Part shown: positions 55,953-64,000 of the stretch, piece after piece
How positions within the stretch are numbered: the stretch's first letter is position 1
Layout: the number at the start of each line of letters is the position of its first letter
Assembly: GCA_018366115.1 (NCBI GenBank)
Contig: JAGZIS010000001.1
Coordinates: forward strand, 254,118-318,117
Reading direction: 5' to 3'
DNA: 64,000 nucleotides
Source of the DNA: Haemophilus parainfluenzae
Lineage (GTDB): Bacteria > Pseudomonadota > Gammaproteobacteria > Enterobacterales > Pasteurellaceae
Notes under the pieces: model-generated
The model's input: the letters and a program-made list of their open reading frames with translations, nothing else
What the model was told of the DNA's origin: nothing
The model's database searches: none
Program-made: the position numbers and the translations under genes

Positions 55953-56585
55953 TTACATCCAGGCGTTATTACGAATGATCCCTACTGCAATCCCTTCAAT
56001 TTCAAAATGAGGTTGTTCTTCAAGATTAACGACAATCGGCTGAAACTCTTCATTTTCTGCATGCAGATAAATAACTGAACCTTTGCGCTCTAAGCGTTTT
56101 ACTGTTACTTCATCTTCAATTCGTGCGACAACAATCTGTCCATTTCTCACATCTTTTGTACTATGAACAGCAAGAAGATCACCATCTAAAATACCGATAT
56201 CTTTCATAGATTGGCCATACACTTTTAATAAAAAGTCAGCTTGTGGTTTAAACATATTGGCATCAACACGATAAGTGCCTTCAATGTGTTGCTCAGCCAA
56301 AATTGGCTCCCCTGCGGCCACGCGACCAATGAGTGGTAAGCCCTCTTCTTCCTCATCATTTGCACTGTCATCAATAATGCGAATACCACGAGAAGCCCCC
56401 GCAACAATTTCAATTGCACCTTTGCGGGCAAGTGCTTTTAAGTGTTCTTCCGCCGCATTAGGGGATTTAAAACCTAATTCGCGAGAAATTTCTGCACGAG
56501 TAGGCGGCATACCCGTGGTTTCTAAATGGCGTTTTAAGAGTTCCAGCACTTCTTGTTGTCTGGCAGTTAATGGTCTCATATACAC
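55953..56585 (-). CDS. lexA: LexA repressor.
   Basis: The HTH is followed by the Ala-Gly cleavage site (VAAGEP) and the S24 peptidase Ser/Lys motifs. The start could be the ATG at 56579 ([11 protein letters not shown]). Confidence 0.95.
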   Translation of the reverse strand: MYMRPLTARQQEVLELLKRHLETTGMPPTRAEISRELGFKSPNAAEEHLKALARKGAIEIVAGASRGIRIIDDSANDEEEEGLPLIGRVAAGEPILAEQHIEGTYRVDANMFKPQADFLLKVYGQSMKDIGILDGDLLAVHSTKDVRNGQIVVARIEDEVTVKRLERKGSVIYLHAENEEFQPIVVNLEEQPHFEIEGIAVGIIRNNAWM

Positions 56586-56587
56586 TC

Positions 56588-56603
56588 CTGTTACTTTATA
56601 CAG
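56588..56603. promoter_or_regulatory. SOS (LexA) box 1: CTGT-tactttat-ACAG.
   Basis: A perfect CTGT-N8-ACAG directly upstream of lexA, overlapping the AGGAG RBS. Confidence 0.8.
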
Positions 56604-56608
56604 AATAA

Positions 56609-56624
56609 CTGTTAGTATATACAG
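56609..56624. promoter_or_regulatory. SOS (LexA) box 2: CTGT-tagtatat-ACAG.
   Basis: A second perfect CTGT-N8-ACAG 5 bp from box 1, a tandem operator like that of E. coli lexA. Confidence 0.8.
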
Positions 56625-56797
56625 AAAGATGGCGATTGCAACAACTATTTTCTAGTCATAAAAGTGCGGTCAATTTTTTTCATATTTTTGCGTGTTCATC
56701 ATAAATCTCAAATGTAAATTTTTAGAATTTGACTGGTCGAATGTGTTAAAATGCCTGACAATACCTAGAAATGTCTAACAAAAAGAGAATATTAATT

Positions 56798-59254
56798 ATG
56801 TCTGGCATCGTAAGTACTTATCGTAAATTATTAGAATTACCGCTTTCGGTTTTAGTAAAAAATAATCCTATTCCCGCTCAACCCATCGAAGAGCTTCAAC
56901 TCAATATCAATCAACCTATTCTTTATGTTTTGCCTTATACCTCTCAAACTGACTTCGTGATTTTCCGTCGTAACTGTTTGAGCGTCGGTCTGCCTGATCC
57001 AGCTGAAAAGAATGTGATTGATGGCATAGCATTACCACGTTATGTCTATTTAGACGAAGGTCGCCGCTTTTTTAAATCAAAAGGCGCAAAAGATGAAACT
57101 GCCAAAGTCTTCAATAAATATTTAGAGTTGCACCGTGATGTTGCTGATTTAGATGTACAACTGATCCCTGTTTCTGTGCTTTGGGGGCGTTCACCAGGTA
57201 AAGAAGATAAAGCAAGCTTACCTAATCTTCGCTTATTAAATGGTCTTCAAAAAACCTTTGCGGCAATTTGGTTTGGACGTGATACTTTTGTGCGTTTTTC
57301 TCAGGCACTTTCTTTGCGTTACATGGTAAATGAGCACGGTTCAGATGAAAAAATTGCACAAAAACTGGCTCGCGTGGCTAAAATGCACTTTGCTAAACAA
57401 CGCATTTCCGCGACAGGGCCTCGTTTGCCAAACCGAGAAGCGATGTTTAATAAGCTCTTAAATTCTCAAGCAATTCAAAATGCCATTGAAGATGAGGCAA
57501 AATCAAAAAATATCAGCCGCGAGAAAGCCTATGCTGAAGCCGAAAAAATTCTTCATGAAATCGCAGCTAATGTAAGCCATTCCAGCCTTCGTGCAGCGGA
57601 TCGTTTCTTACGTTGGCTATGGAACAAACTGTACTCCGGTATTGATGTACAAAATGCGGACCGTGTGCGTAAACTTGCGCTAGAAGGTCATGAGATTGTT
57701 TATGTGCCTTGTCACCGTAGTCACATTGACTATTTATTACTTTCTTATGTGCTCTATCACCAAGGTCTTGTACCGCCACATATTGCAGCAGGGATTAACT
57801 TAAACTTCTGGCCAGCGGGTCCTTTATTCCGTAGCTGGGGGGCATTCTTTATTCGCCGTACGTTTAAAGGTAACCGCCTTTACTCTGCAATTTTCCGTGA
57901 GTATTTAGGGGAATTATTCCACCGCGGTTATTCCGTCGAATACTTCATTGAAGGTGGTCGTTCTCGTACAGGTCGCTTGCTTGCACCGAAAACAGGTATG
58001 ATGTCGATGACGCTACAAGCACTACAACATAACCAAACCCGTCCAATTTCTGTGGTGCCCGTGTATATCGGTTATGAGCACGTATTAGAAGTAGACACTT
58101 ACGCAAAAGAATTACGTGGTGCAGCGAAAGAAAAAGAAAATGCGGGCTTAGTTTTACGTGTAATTAAAAAATTACGTAATTTAGGTCAAGGCTTTGTGAA
58201 TTTCGGTGAGCCAATCACGCTTTCTAATTACCTAAATCACCATTATCCAGAGTGGAAAGAACAACATCATGAAGATAAACCACACTGGTTTAACCATGCA
58301 GTTGGGTCTGTTTCTAATCAAGTAATGGTGAATATTAATAAAGCTGCAGCCGTCAATGCGATGAATTTAGTAGGAACCGCTCTACTCTCTTCTCGTCAAC
58401 GTGCGCTTTCTCATGAGCAACTATTAGAACAACTCTCTAGTTATCAAGAAATGTTAAAGAACGTACCGTATTCTACTGATGTGGTACTCCCAACTGATAC
58501 ACCAAAAGCGATGCTTGACCACGTATTAAGCTTAGACCGTGTGGGTGTATTAGTTGAAAAAGATAACTTTGGGGAAATTATTCGTTTAGAACGTAATTCC
58601 GCTGTTCTCATGACGTATTACCGCAATAATATTCAACACTTATTTGTGTTGCCTTCACTTGTTGCGAGTATCGTTTTACATTATGAAGCTATCCAAAAAG
58701 ATTTATTATTGGATGCGATACGTAAAATTTATCCATTCTTAAAAGGCGAACTCTTCCTTCATTTCAATGAAGAAGAATTAGATACACAAATTAAAGCTAT
58801 TATTGATGAATTTGCACGTCAAGAAGTTATTCAATCCAATGATAATTTCTTATCTATCCACCGCTCTAAAGTTCGTATTTTACAACTTTGGTCTGCAGGT
58901 ATGCGTGAAATCTTACAACGCTACTATATTACTGTAAGTATTTTACGTAGAGATCCTGAAATTGCCCGTGGTTTATTGGAGAAAGAAAGCCAATTGGTAG
59001 CACAGCGTCTTTCTGTATTACACGGTATAAATGCGCCAGAATTCTTTGATAAAGCAGTATTCTCTGCCTTCATTGCTCACTTAAAAGAAGAAGGTTACTT
59101 CGATGATGACAAAGAAAAATTACATGAACTTGCAACAATCTTAGAACATTTGATTTCTAGCGAGATTTGCTTAACGATCAATGGTGCGGCAGATAAAGCA
59201 GATGAAGTTGAGATTGAAGTAGAAGAAGAGGATAAATCAAATAAAGATGAATAA
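56798..59254 (+). CDS. plsB: Glycerol-3-phosphate 1-O-acyltransferase.
   Basis: [20 protein letters not shown] aligns with E. coli PlsB [20 protein letters not shown], and the HxxxxD acyltransferase motif ([13 protein letters not shown]) is present. The ORF track begins at 56771. Confidence 0.95.
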   Translation: MSGIVSTYRKLLELPLSVLVKNNPIPAQPIEELQLNINQPILYVLPYTSQTDFVIFRRNCLSVGLPDPAEKNVIDGIALPRYVYLDEGRRFFKSKGAKDETAKVFNKYLELHRDVADLDVQLIPVSVLWGRSPGKEDKASLPNLRLLNGLQKTFAAIWFGRDTFVRFSQALSLRYMVNEHGSDEKIAQKLARVAKMHFAKQRISATGPRLPNREAMFNKLLNSQAIQNAIEDEAKSKNISREKAYAEAEKILHEIAANVSHSSLRAADRFLRWLWNKLYSGIDVQNADRVRKLALEGHEIVYVPCHRSHIDYLLLSYVLYHQGLVPPHIAAGINLNFWPAGPLFRSWGAFFIRRTFKGNRLYSAIFREYLGELFHRGYSVEYFIEGGRSRTGRLLAPKTGMMSMTLQALQHNQTRPISVVPVYIGYEHVLEVDTYAKELRGAAKEKENAGLVLRVIKKLRNLGQGFVNFGEPITLSNYLNHHYPEWKEQHHEDKPHWFNHAVGSVSNQVMVNINKAAAVNAMNLVGTALLSSRQRALSHEQLLEQLSSYQEMLKNVPYSTDVVLPTDTPKAMLDHVLSLDRVGVLVEKDNFGEIIRLERNSAVLMTYYRNNIQHLFVLPSLVASIVLHYEAIQKDLLLDAIRKIYPFLKGELFLHFNEEELDTQIKAIIDEFARQEVIQSNDNFLSIHRSKVRILQLWSAGMREILQRYYITVSILRRDPEIARGLLEKESQLVAQRLSVLHGINAPEFFDKAVFSAFIAHLKEEGYFDDDKEKLHELATILEHLISSEICLTINGAADKADEVEIEVEEEDKSNKDE

Positions 59255-59270
59255 TCTTTACTGACATAAT

Positions 59271-59310
59271 AAAAGGGCGTGTTGAATATATCCAATACGC
59301 CCTTTTCTTT
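59271..59310. terminator. Bidirectional terminator between plsB and the DASS transporter gene.
   Basis: AGGGCGT-N16-ACGCCCT followed by TTTCTTT. Confidence 0.7.
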
Positions 59311-59316
59311 ATACGA

Positions 59317-60702
59317 TTAATTTAACCAGAAATAATATCCTATTGTCGCGATAACCAATATACACACAATATTTAAGATAAACCCAGCTTTAACCATATC
59401 ACTTTGGCGGACCTCACCTGTACCAAATACGATAGCATTTGGCGGTGTTGCTACCGGCAACATAAATGCACAAGATGCACCTAAACCGATGATTAACGCA
59501 AGACCAATTTCTGGCATACCAAGAGATTGTGCAATAGAAATAAAGATTGGTACTAATAATGCTGCACTCGCGGTATTGGAAGTAAATTCAGTTAAGAAAA
59601 TAATAAAGGTTGCGACCAATAAACCAATGAGGTAGTAATGTTGTCCTTGAACTAAGAATACAATACCGTCAGCTAAAACTTTACTTGCACCAGAATCTTT
59701 TAACACTGCACTCAAGGTTAAACCACCACCAAAAAGCATTAATACGCCCCAGTCAGTACTTTCTTGAATTTGTTTCCAATTTGCCACACCCGTTGAACAA
59801 ATAATGACAGCGGCAAGTAATGCGACTACGCTATCAAAACTACCGATATTTTTGGCAAGACCAAACACACCTGAAATCATTGGATTAATATAGCTACTAA
59901 ATACCCAGCAAAGCGCAATTACCGCAAAAATTACAAGCGTTAAAACGCGTTGGCCATTCATTTCAATACGTTCAAAGTTTTGCTCAAAACGTAAGTTAAG
60001 TTTTGGTTTAAATACAATGAAAAGTGTACCAACCATTAATGGCATCAAAATAATCATAATTGGCAAGCCATACCATAACCAATCAGAGAAGGTTAAATGT
60101 AAGTTACTTGCTACGATAGCATTTGGTGGACTACCCACTAATGTTCCCATCCCACCAATACTCGCACTGTATGCAATACCCAATAATACGAAGACATAAG
60201 TATTGTGTTCTTTTTCTTTATCAAGTTGGCTTAAGATCCCCATGGCTAAAGGTAACATCATTGCAGCTGTCGCAGTGTTACTCATCCACATAGAAAGGAA
60301 AGCAGTAATAGAGAAAAGGTACATCACAGCAACCAATAAATTACCACGAGCCATTGCCATGATTTTATTAGCAATCATTTTATCAAGCTTTTGCATATGC
60401 AAAGCCGTCGCTAAAGCAAATCCACCAAAGAATAGGAAAATGGTTGGATCTGCAAAGGCGACCAAAGCTTGTTTGGTTGTCACCAAATCAAGTGCAATCG
60501 CAAGCAATGGCACCAAAAGAGCGGTCACTGTGACATGTAATGCCTCAGTTAACCAAAGAATCGCCACAAAGGCTAATAATGCTAAACCAGCATTTTCCTT
60601 AGGTGCGAAAGGTAAAGATTTTAATAAAATAAAAAAACAGGCTATCGCCAGCAGAAAGATAATCCCACTTTTATAATTTTTTGTTGTGTTTGTTTCGTTC
60701 AT
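59317..60702 (-). CDS. DASS/SLC13-family anion:Na+ symporter.
   Basis: Start chosen at MNETNTTKNY with a GGAGGG RBS. About 12 TM helices are present, and SNTA motifs (SNTATAAMM and TSNTASAALL) occur in both halves. Confidence 0.8.
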   Translation of the reverse strand: MNETNTTKNYKSGIIFLLAIACFFILLKSLPFAPKENAGLALLAFVAILWLTEALHVTVTALLVPLLAIALDLVTTKQALVAFADPTIFLFFGGFALATALHMQKLDKMIANKIMAMARGNLLVAVMYLFSITAFLSMWMSNTATAAMMLPLAMGILSQLDKEKEHNTYVFVLLGIAYSASIGGMGTLVGSPPNAIVASNLHLTFSDWLWYGLPIMIILMPLMVGTLFIVFKPKLNLRFEQNFERIEMNGQRVLTLVIFAVIALCWVFSSYINPMISGVFGLAKNIGSFDSVVALLAAVIICSTGVANWKQIQESTDWGVLMLFGGGLTLSAVLKDSGASKVLADGIVFLVQGQHYYLIGLLVATFIIFLTEFTSNTASAALLVPIFISIAQSLGMPEIGLALIIGLGASCAFMLPVATPPNAIVFGTGEVRQSDMVKAGFILNIVCILVIATIGYYFWLN

Positions 60703-60813
60703 GCGTCCCTCCAAACTGATTACAGATGAACTATTTGCGATGTTAAATGAATGTTACAAACTTTCAACCAACAAATGTTTAAAATGTGATCTTGTTCAAA
60801 AAAATTTTAACAA

Positions 60814-60848
60814 AAAAAGTGCGGTTATTTCTAACCGCACTTTAAAAA
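60814..60848. terminator. USS inverted-pair hairpin downstream of rraA.
   Basis: AAAAAAGTGCGGTTATTTCTAACCGCACTTTAAAAA. Confidence 0.75.
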
Positions 60849-60864
60849 GGTCAATAATTTAAAA

Positions 60865-61365
60865 TTATTCTTCTTCGACGTCTTCTAAATCTAATGCTTC
60901 TTGTGAAAGAATAATACCTGTTAAATCGGCATAAATGTAATCTTCAGGGAAGAATGTTACACCACCAAAATTCACTGGAAGATCACTTTCACCATGATTA
61001 TTTTCATCTGCACCAACTGGAATTGGGGCAAGTGCATGAATACCAATATCAATATTTTCAAGCTGTTGAATTTGACGCACGGCACCATAAACAATAATGC
61101 CCGCCCAGTCATTATCTGCGGCAAGTTGTGCAAGCTCTGCATCAATTAAAGCACGGCGTACTGCACCACCACCATCTACGACAAGCACTCTGCCTTCACC
61201 ATTTTCTTCAAGGATCTCGGCAATTAATCCATTATTTTCAAAACATTTTACTGTCGTCACTTTGCCGTAGAAATTACTGACGCCACCAAAGCTAGAAAAA
61301 ATGGGCTCAACCACATCCACTTGATCAGCATAAATATCACAAAGTTCTGAAGTATCGATATACAT
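60865..61365 (-). CDS. rraA: Regulator of ribonuclease activity A.
   Basis: 166 aa. [12 protein letters not shown]...VLVVDGGG aligns with E. coli RraA. Confidence 0.9.
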   Translation of the reverse strand: MYIDTSELCDIYADQVDVVEPIFSSFGGVSNFYGKVTTVKCFENNGLIAEILEENGEGRVLVVDGGGAVRRALIDAELAQLAADNDWAGIIVYGAVRQIQQLENIDIGIHALAPIPVGADENNHGESDLPVNFGGVTFFPEDYIYADLTGIILSQEALDLEDVEEE

Positions 61366-61410
61366 AATGTACCCCTTGTCGTTAAAATTTTTTCTCTAGT
61401 ATAAGCCGAT

Positions 61411-62322
61411 TTAGCCGATAAGCAAGCCTAAACTAAACAAGATATTGATAAATAAAGAAATCATAGACATCTGAGCCAACATCGGACGCAACACTGCGGG
61501 CTCTTTGCTGCGATAAACAAATAATGCGTGTTTTAATAACAATGGAAATGCCAATAAAAATAAGAAATGCCAAGGGCTAAATGCTGTTGATGCAGCAAAT
61601 AGCACATAACATAAAGCGGCAACGCTTAATAAAATACAATGATAAATACGTCCTTTCTTCGGGCCAATACGCACAACCAGAGTATTTTTCCCTACTTTCG
61701 CATCTTGCTCAATATCACGTAAATTATTGATATTTAAAACGGCTGTTGCTAATAAACCTGAGCCTAACGCAGGTAAAATAATTAAGCTATCAATGCTGTG
61801 AGTTTGGAGATAATAAGTTCCACCCACACCTAATAGTCCAAAAAAGAGCAAAACAGACAAATCGCCTAAACCTAAATAACCATAAGGTTTAGCGCCTACG
61901 GTATAAGTAATGGCAGCAATAATGGCAAGAATACCCAAACCAGCAAAGACCAATAAATCAGTCAGACTTTGATATGCGATACCAATTAAGAATGCACCTG
62001 AGAAAAATGCCCCTACCGCCATTAAAATTAATCCCCATTTAAGCTCATTCGCAGAAATTGCACCTTGCTGAATACCACGTAAAGGCCCAATACGTTCTTC
62101 GGTATCTGACCCTTTTTGATGATCGCCGTAATCGTTAGCAAAGTTAGAAAGTACTTGCAATAAAATGGTAGTAAGTAAGCAAAGTAACATTACGGTAAGA
62201 TTAAAACTCTCTTTATCCGCCCAATATGCCAATGCAGAGCCGGTAAAAATAGAAGCTAATGCCAAAGGCAAGGTTTTTGGGCGAGCGGTTTCCCACCACA
62301 TTTTCAATTTATGATTTGTCAT
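61411..62322 (-). CDS. menA: 1,4-dihydroxy-2-naphthoate octaprenyltransferase.
   Basis: A UbiA-family protein whose NDYGD motif aligns with E. coli MenA. Start chosen at [19 protein letters not shown]. The ORF track extends to the GTG at 62337. Confidence 0.9.
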   Translation of the reverse strand: MTNHKLKMWWETARPKTLPLALASIFTGSALAYWADKESFNLTVMLLCLLTTILLQVLSNFANDYGDHQKGSDTEERIGPLRGIQQGAISANELKWGLILMAVGAFFSGAFLIGIAYQSLTDLLVFAGLGILAIIAAITYTVGAKPYGYLGLGDLSVLLFFGLLGVGGTYYLQTHSIDSLIILPALGSGLLATAVLNINNLRDIEQDAKVGKNTLVVRIGPKKGRIYHCILLSVAALCYVLFAASTAFSPWHFLFLLAFPLLLKHALFVYRSKEPAVLRPMLAQMSMISLFINILFSLGLLIG

Positions 62323-62383
62323 TTTTTTTGACCGCACTTTTGATTACAATAAAGAGCGTATTTTACACGGAAATTGCCTTTTT

Positions 62384-63121
62384 ATGAATGATTTAACACT
62401 GACTCTTCACCCAATTGCGGTGATTCACACCCCTTACAAAGAAAAATTCTCAGTACCACGACAGCCAGATTTAGTACAGGATGGCATTGGTATTGTGGAA
62501 CTGCTCCCCCCTTATAATTCGCCAGAGGCGGTGCGAGGCTTAGAGCAATTTAGCCATATTTGGCTTATTTTCCAATTCGACAAAGTACCCCATGGGAAAT
62601 GGCAATCCACTGTTCGCCCCCCTCGTTTAGGAGGCAATCAACGTATCGGCGTATTTGCTTCTCGCGCTACACATCGTCCAAATCCGCTAGGCTTGTCTAA
62701 AGTTGAATTACGCCAAGTGGAATGCATTCATGGGCGTGTTTTTCTGCATTTGGGTTCCGTGGATCTTGTCGATGGCACACCTATTTTTGATATTAAACCT
62801 TATATTGCCTATGCTGATAGCGAGCCTGAGGCAAAATCAAGTTTTGCACAAGAAAAACCACCTGCGAAATTAAGCGTTGAATTTACAAAAATCGCCCAAA
62901 GTGCGGTGGAAAAATATCATAAAAATCGACCGCACTTAGCAAGATTTATTACGGAAGTGATCGCACAAGATCCCCGTCCCGCTTATCAACAAGGTAAAGA
63001 AACTGATCGTATTTATGGTATTAGTCTGTACGAATTTAATATTAAATGGCGTATTAAAGCAGGGACAACAGATTGTGTCGAAATTCTGGATATCCAAAAA
63101 TTAAAAGAACAAAAAAGCTGA
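62384..63121 (+). CDS. trmO: tRNA (adenine37-N6)-methyltransferase TrmO (TsaA/YaeB family).
   Basis: The N-terminal TsaA domain ([28 protein letters not shown]) is followed by a C-terminal extension. Confidence 0.85.
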   Translation: MNDLTLTLHPIAVIHTPYKEKFSVPRQPDLVQDGIGIVELLPPYNSPEAVRGLEQFSHIWLIFQFDKVPHGKWQSTVRPPRLGGNQRIGVFASRATHRPNPLGLSKVELRQVECIHGRVFLHLGSVDLVDGTPIFDIKPYIAYADSEPEAKSSFAQEKPPAKLSVEFTKIAQSAVEKYHKNRPHLARFITEVIAQDPRPAYQQGKETDRIYGISLYEFNIKWRIKAGTTDCVEILDIQKLKEQKS

Positions 63122-63140
63122 CTTTCGTCAGCTTTCTTTT
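63111..63140. terminator. Bidirectional terminator between trmO and the AI-2E transporter gene.
   Basis: AAGCTGAC-tttc-GTCAGCTT followed by TCTTTTTAT. Confidence 0.8.
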
Positions 63141-63157
63141 TATCGTTTTAATCCTGT

Positions 63158-64000
63158 CTAATCCGGCAATGCATTTATCACAGCTTTGACGAGCGTTGCC
63201 AATGGAATCGCAAAGAATACGCCCCAGAATCCCCATAACCCGCCAAAAATCAGCACTGAAATAATGATGACTAAAGGGTGTAAATTAACGACTTCAGAGA
63301 ATAAATACGGTACTAACAAGTTTCCATCCAGAAGTTGACTCACCGCAAAGGCCACAATTAAATACCAAAACGTTGGGGAAATGCCAAACTGGAACATCGC
63401 CACTAACGCAACAGGAATCGTCACCAATACCGCGCCGATATAAGGCACTAATACAGACAACCCAACGGCAACAGAAAGCAACAGCGGATAATTTAAACCA
63501 AAGCTTAAAAAGATGATGTAAGTTACCACGCCGACAATCAAAATTTCCAACAGCTTACCATGAATATAATTCGCAATTTGTTGCTGCATTTCATTCCATA
63601 CTTTAGAGGCTAAAAGACGATTTTTAGGTAAAAAGCGACTCACGCCAGCAAGAAGCTCAGTTTTATCTTTCAGCATAAAGAACATCATTAATGGCACTAA
63701 AAACGCATAAATACCCAGTGATACAAGGTTCATTAATGAGGTAATCGACAATTTCACCGCAGATTCACCGAAGCCCAAAATCTTCGCACGAGCAGCACTA
63801 AAAAAGGTGTCAATCATGGTGTAATCAATGAGTTCAGGATAATGCTCAGGAAGGGCTAACAACCATTCATGTAACTTATTGAACATGGCTGGCAAATCGC
63901 TTAATAAGGAAATCGTTTGATTCCATAATGTTGGCACAAGCCCGAAGAAAATTAATAATGCCAAGGTTATAAATCCACCAAAAATAACTAGCGTAGCGAG
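63158..64000 (-). CDS. AI-2E family transporter (PerM/TqsA-like). Its N-terminus lies beyond the window end.
   Basis: A polytopic membrane protein whose frame is open to the window edge. Conserved AI-2E C-terminal helices are present (...[27 protein letters not shown]). Confidence 0.75.
   Translation of the reverse strand, partial: LATLVIFGGFITLALLIFFGLVPTLWNQTISLLSDLPAMFNKLHEWLLALPEHYPELIDYTMIDTFFSAARAKILGFGESAVKLSITSLMNLVSLGIYAFLVPLMMFFMLKDKTELLAGVSRFLPKNRLLASKVWNEMQQQIANYIHGKLLEILIVGVVTYIIFLSFGLNYPLLLSVAVGLSVLVPYIGAVLVTIPVALVAMFQFGISPTFWYLIVAFAVSQLLDGNLLVPYLFSEVVNLHPLVIIISVLIFGGLWGFWGVFFAIPLATLVKAVINALPD

Overview
This 64-kb window is chromosomal DNA from a Haemophilus-type Pasteurellaceae, and most of it is a conserved housekeeping backbone. 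Two observations support that origin. The Hin-type uptake signal sequence AAGTGCGGT or its complement occurs at least 35 times, often as inverted pairs that form terminator hairpins. There is also an OmpP2-type porin whose N-terminus is nearly identical to H. influenzae P2. Gene order in several stretches (ybaB-recR-topB-secG-tRNA-Leu, mltC-yggX-mutY, epmA next to frdABCD, rplI-rpsR-priB-rpsF, ksgA-apaH, rph-pyrE, rraA-menA, lexA/plsB) matches H. influenzae or E. coli.

Housekeeping content in order:
- leuA (3' end), leuB, leuC, leuD, metH
- a PTS EIIBC gene, ybaB-recR-topB-secG-tRNA-Leu, sdaC-sdaA, tRNA-Phe and tRNA-Asn
- mltC-yggX-mutY, rpmE, an iron-type TonB-dependent receptor
- a preQ1-I riboswitch followed by yhhQ and an MFS transporter gene
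- yafJ, gor, a PaaI/MenI-type thioesterase gene, hemH, ompP2, epmA, frdABCD
- rplI-rpsR-priB-rpsF, infA, ksgA, apaH, ndh, folD, tRNA-Pro and tRNA-Arg, tRNA-Ser
- dauA, rph-pyrE, djlA, dusC, an alpha-carbonic anhydrase, dapF, lexA with two SOS boxes, plsB
- a DASS-family transporter, rraA, menA, trmO and a partial AI-2E transporter

Several visibly AT-rich accessory insertions sit inside this backbone. None carries an integrase or transposase.
1. A YciI-like gene is wedged between leuB and leuC.
2. A single-gene KAP-family P-loop NTPase starts 15 bp after the metH stop, followed by an orphan lipoprotein gene. This is my best candidate for an undescribed defense-like module.
3. A GT25 + GT9 LOS glycosyltransferase pair lies between infA and ksgA, in a lic2-like position but without CAAT repeats.
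4. A short NadA/DsrA-like trimeric autotransporter adhesin gene with a highly repetitive hendecad coiled-coil stalk is inserted between tRNA-Pro/Arg and tRNA-Ser.

A REP/BIME-like palindromic intergenic repeat family (AAATCTCCCC…CCCCTCTTT-N-AAAGAGGGG) occurs four times as two inverted pairs. All coordinates and calls are by eye and by manual homology; no computation or search was run.
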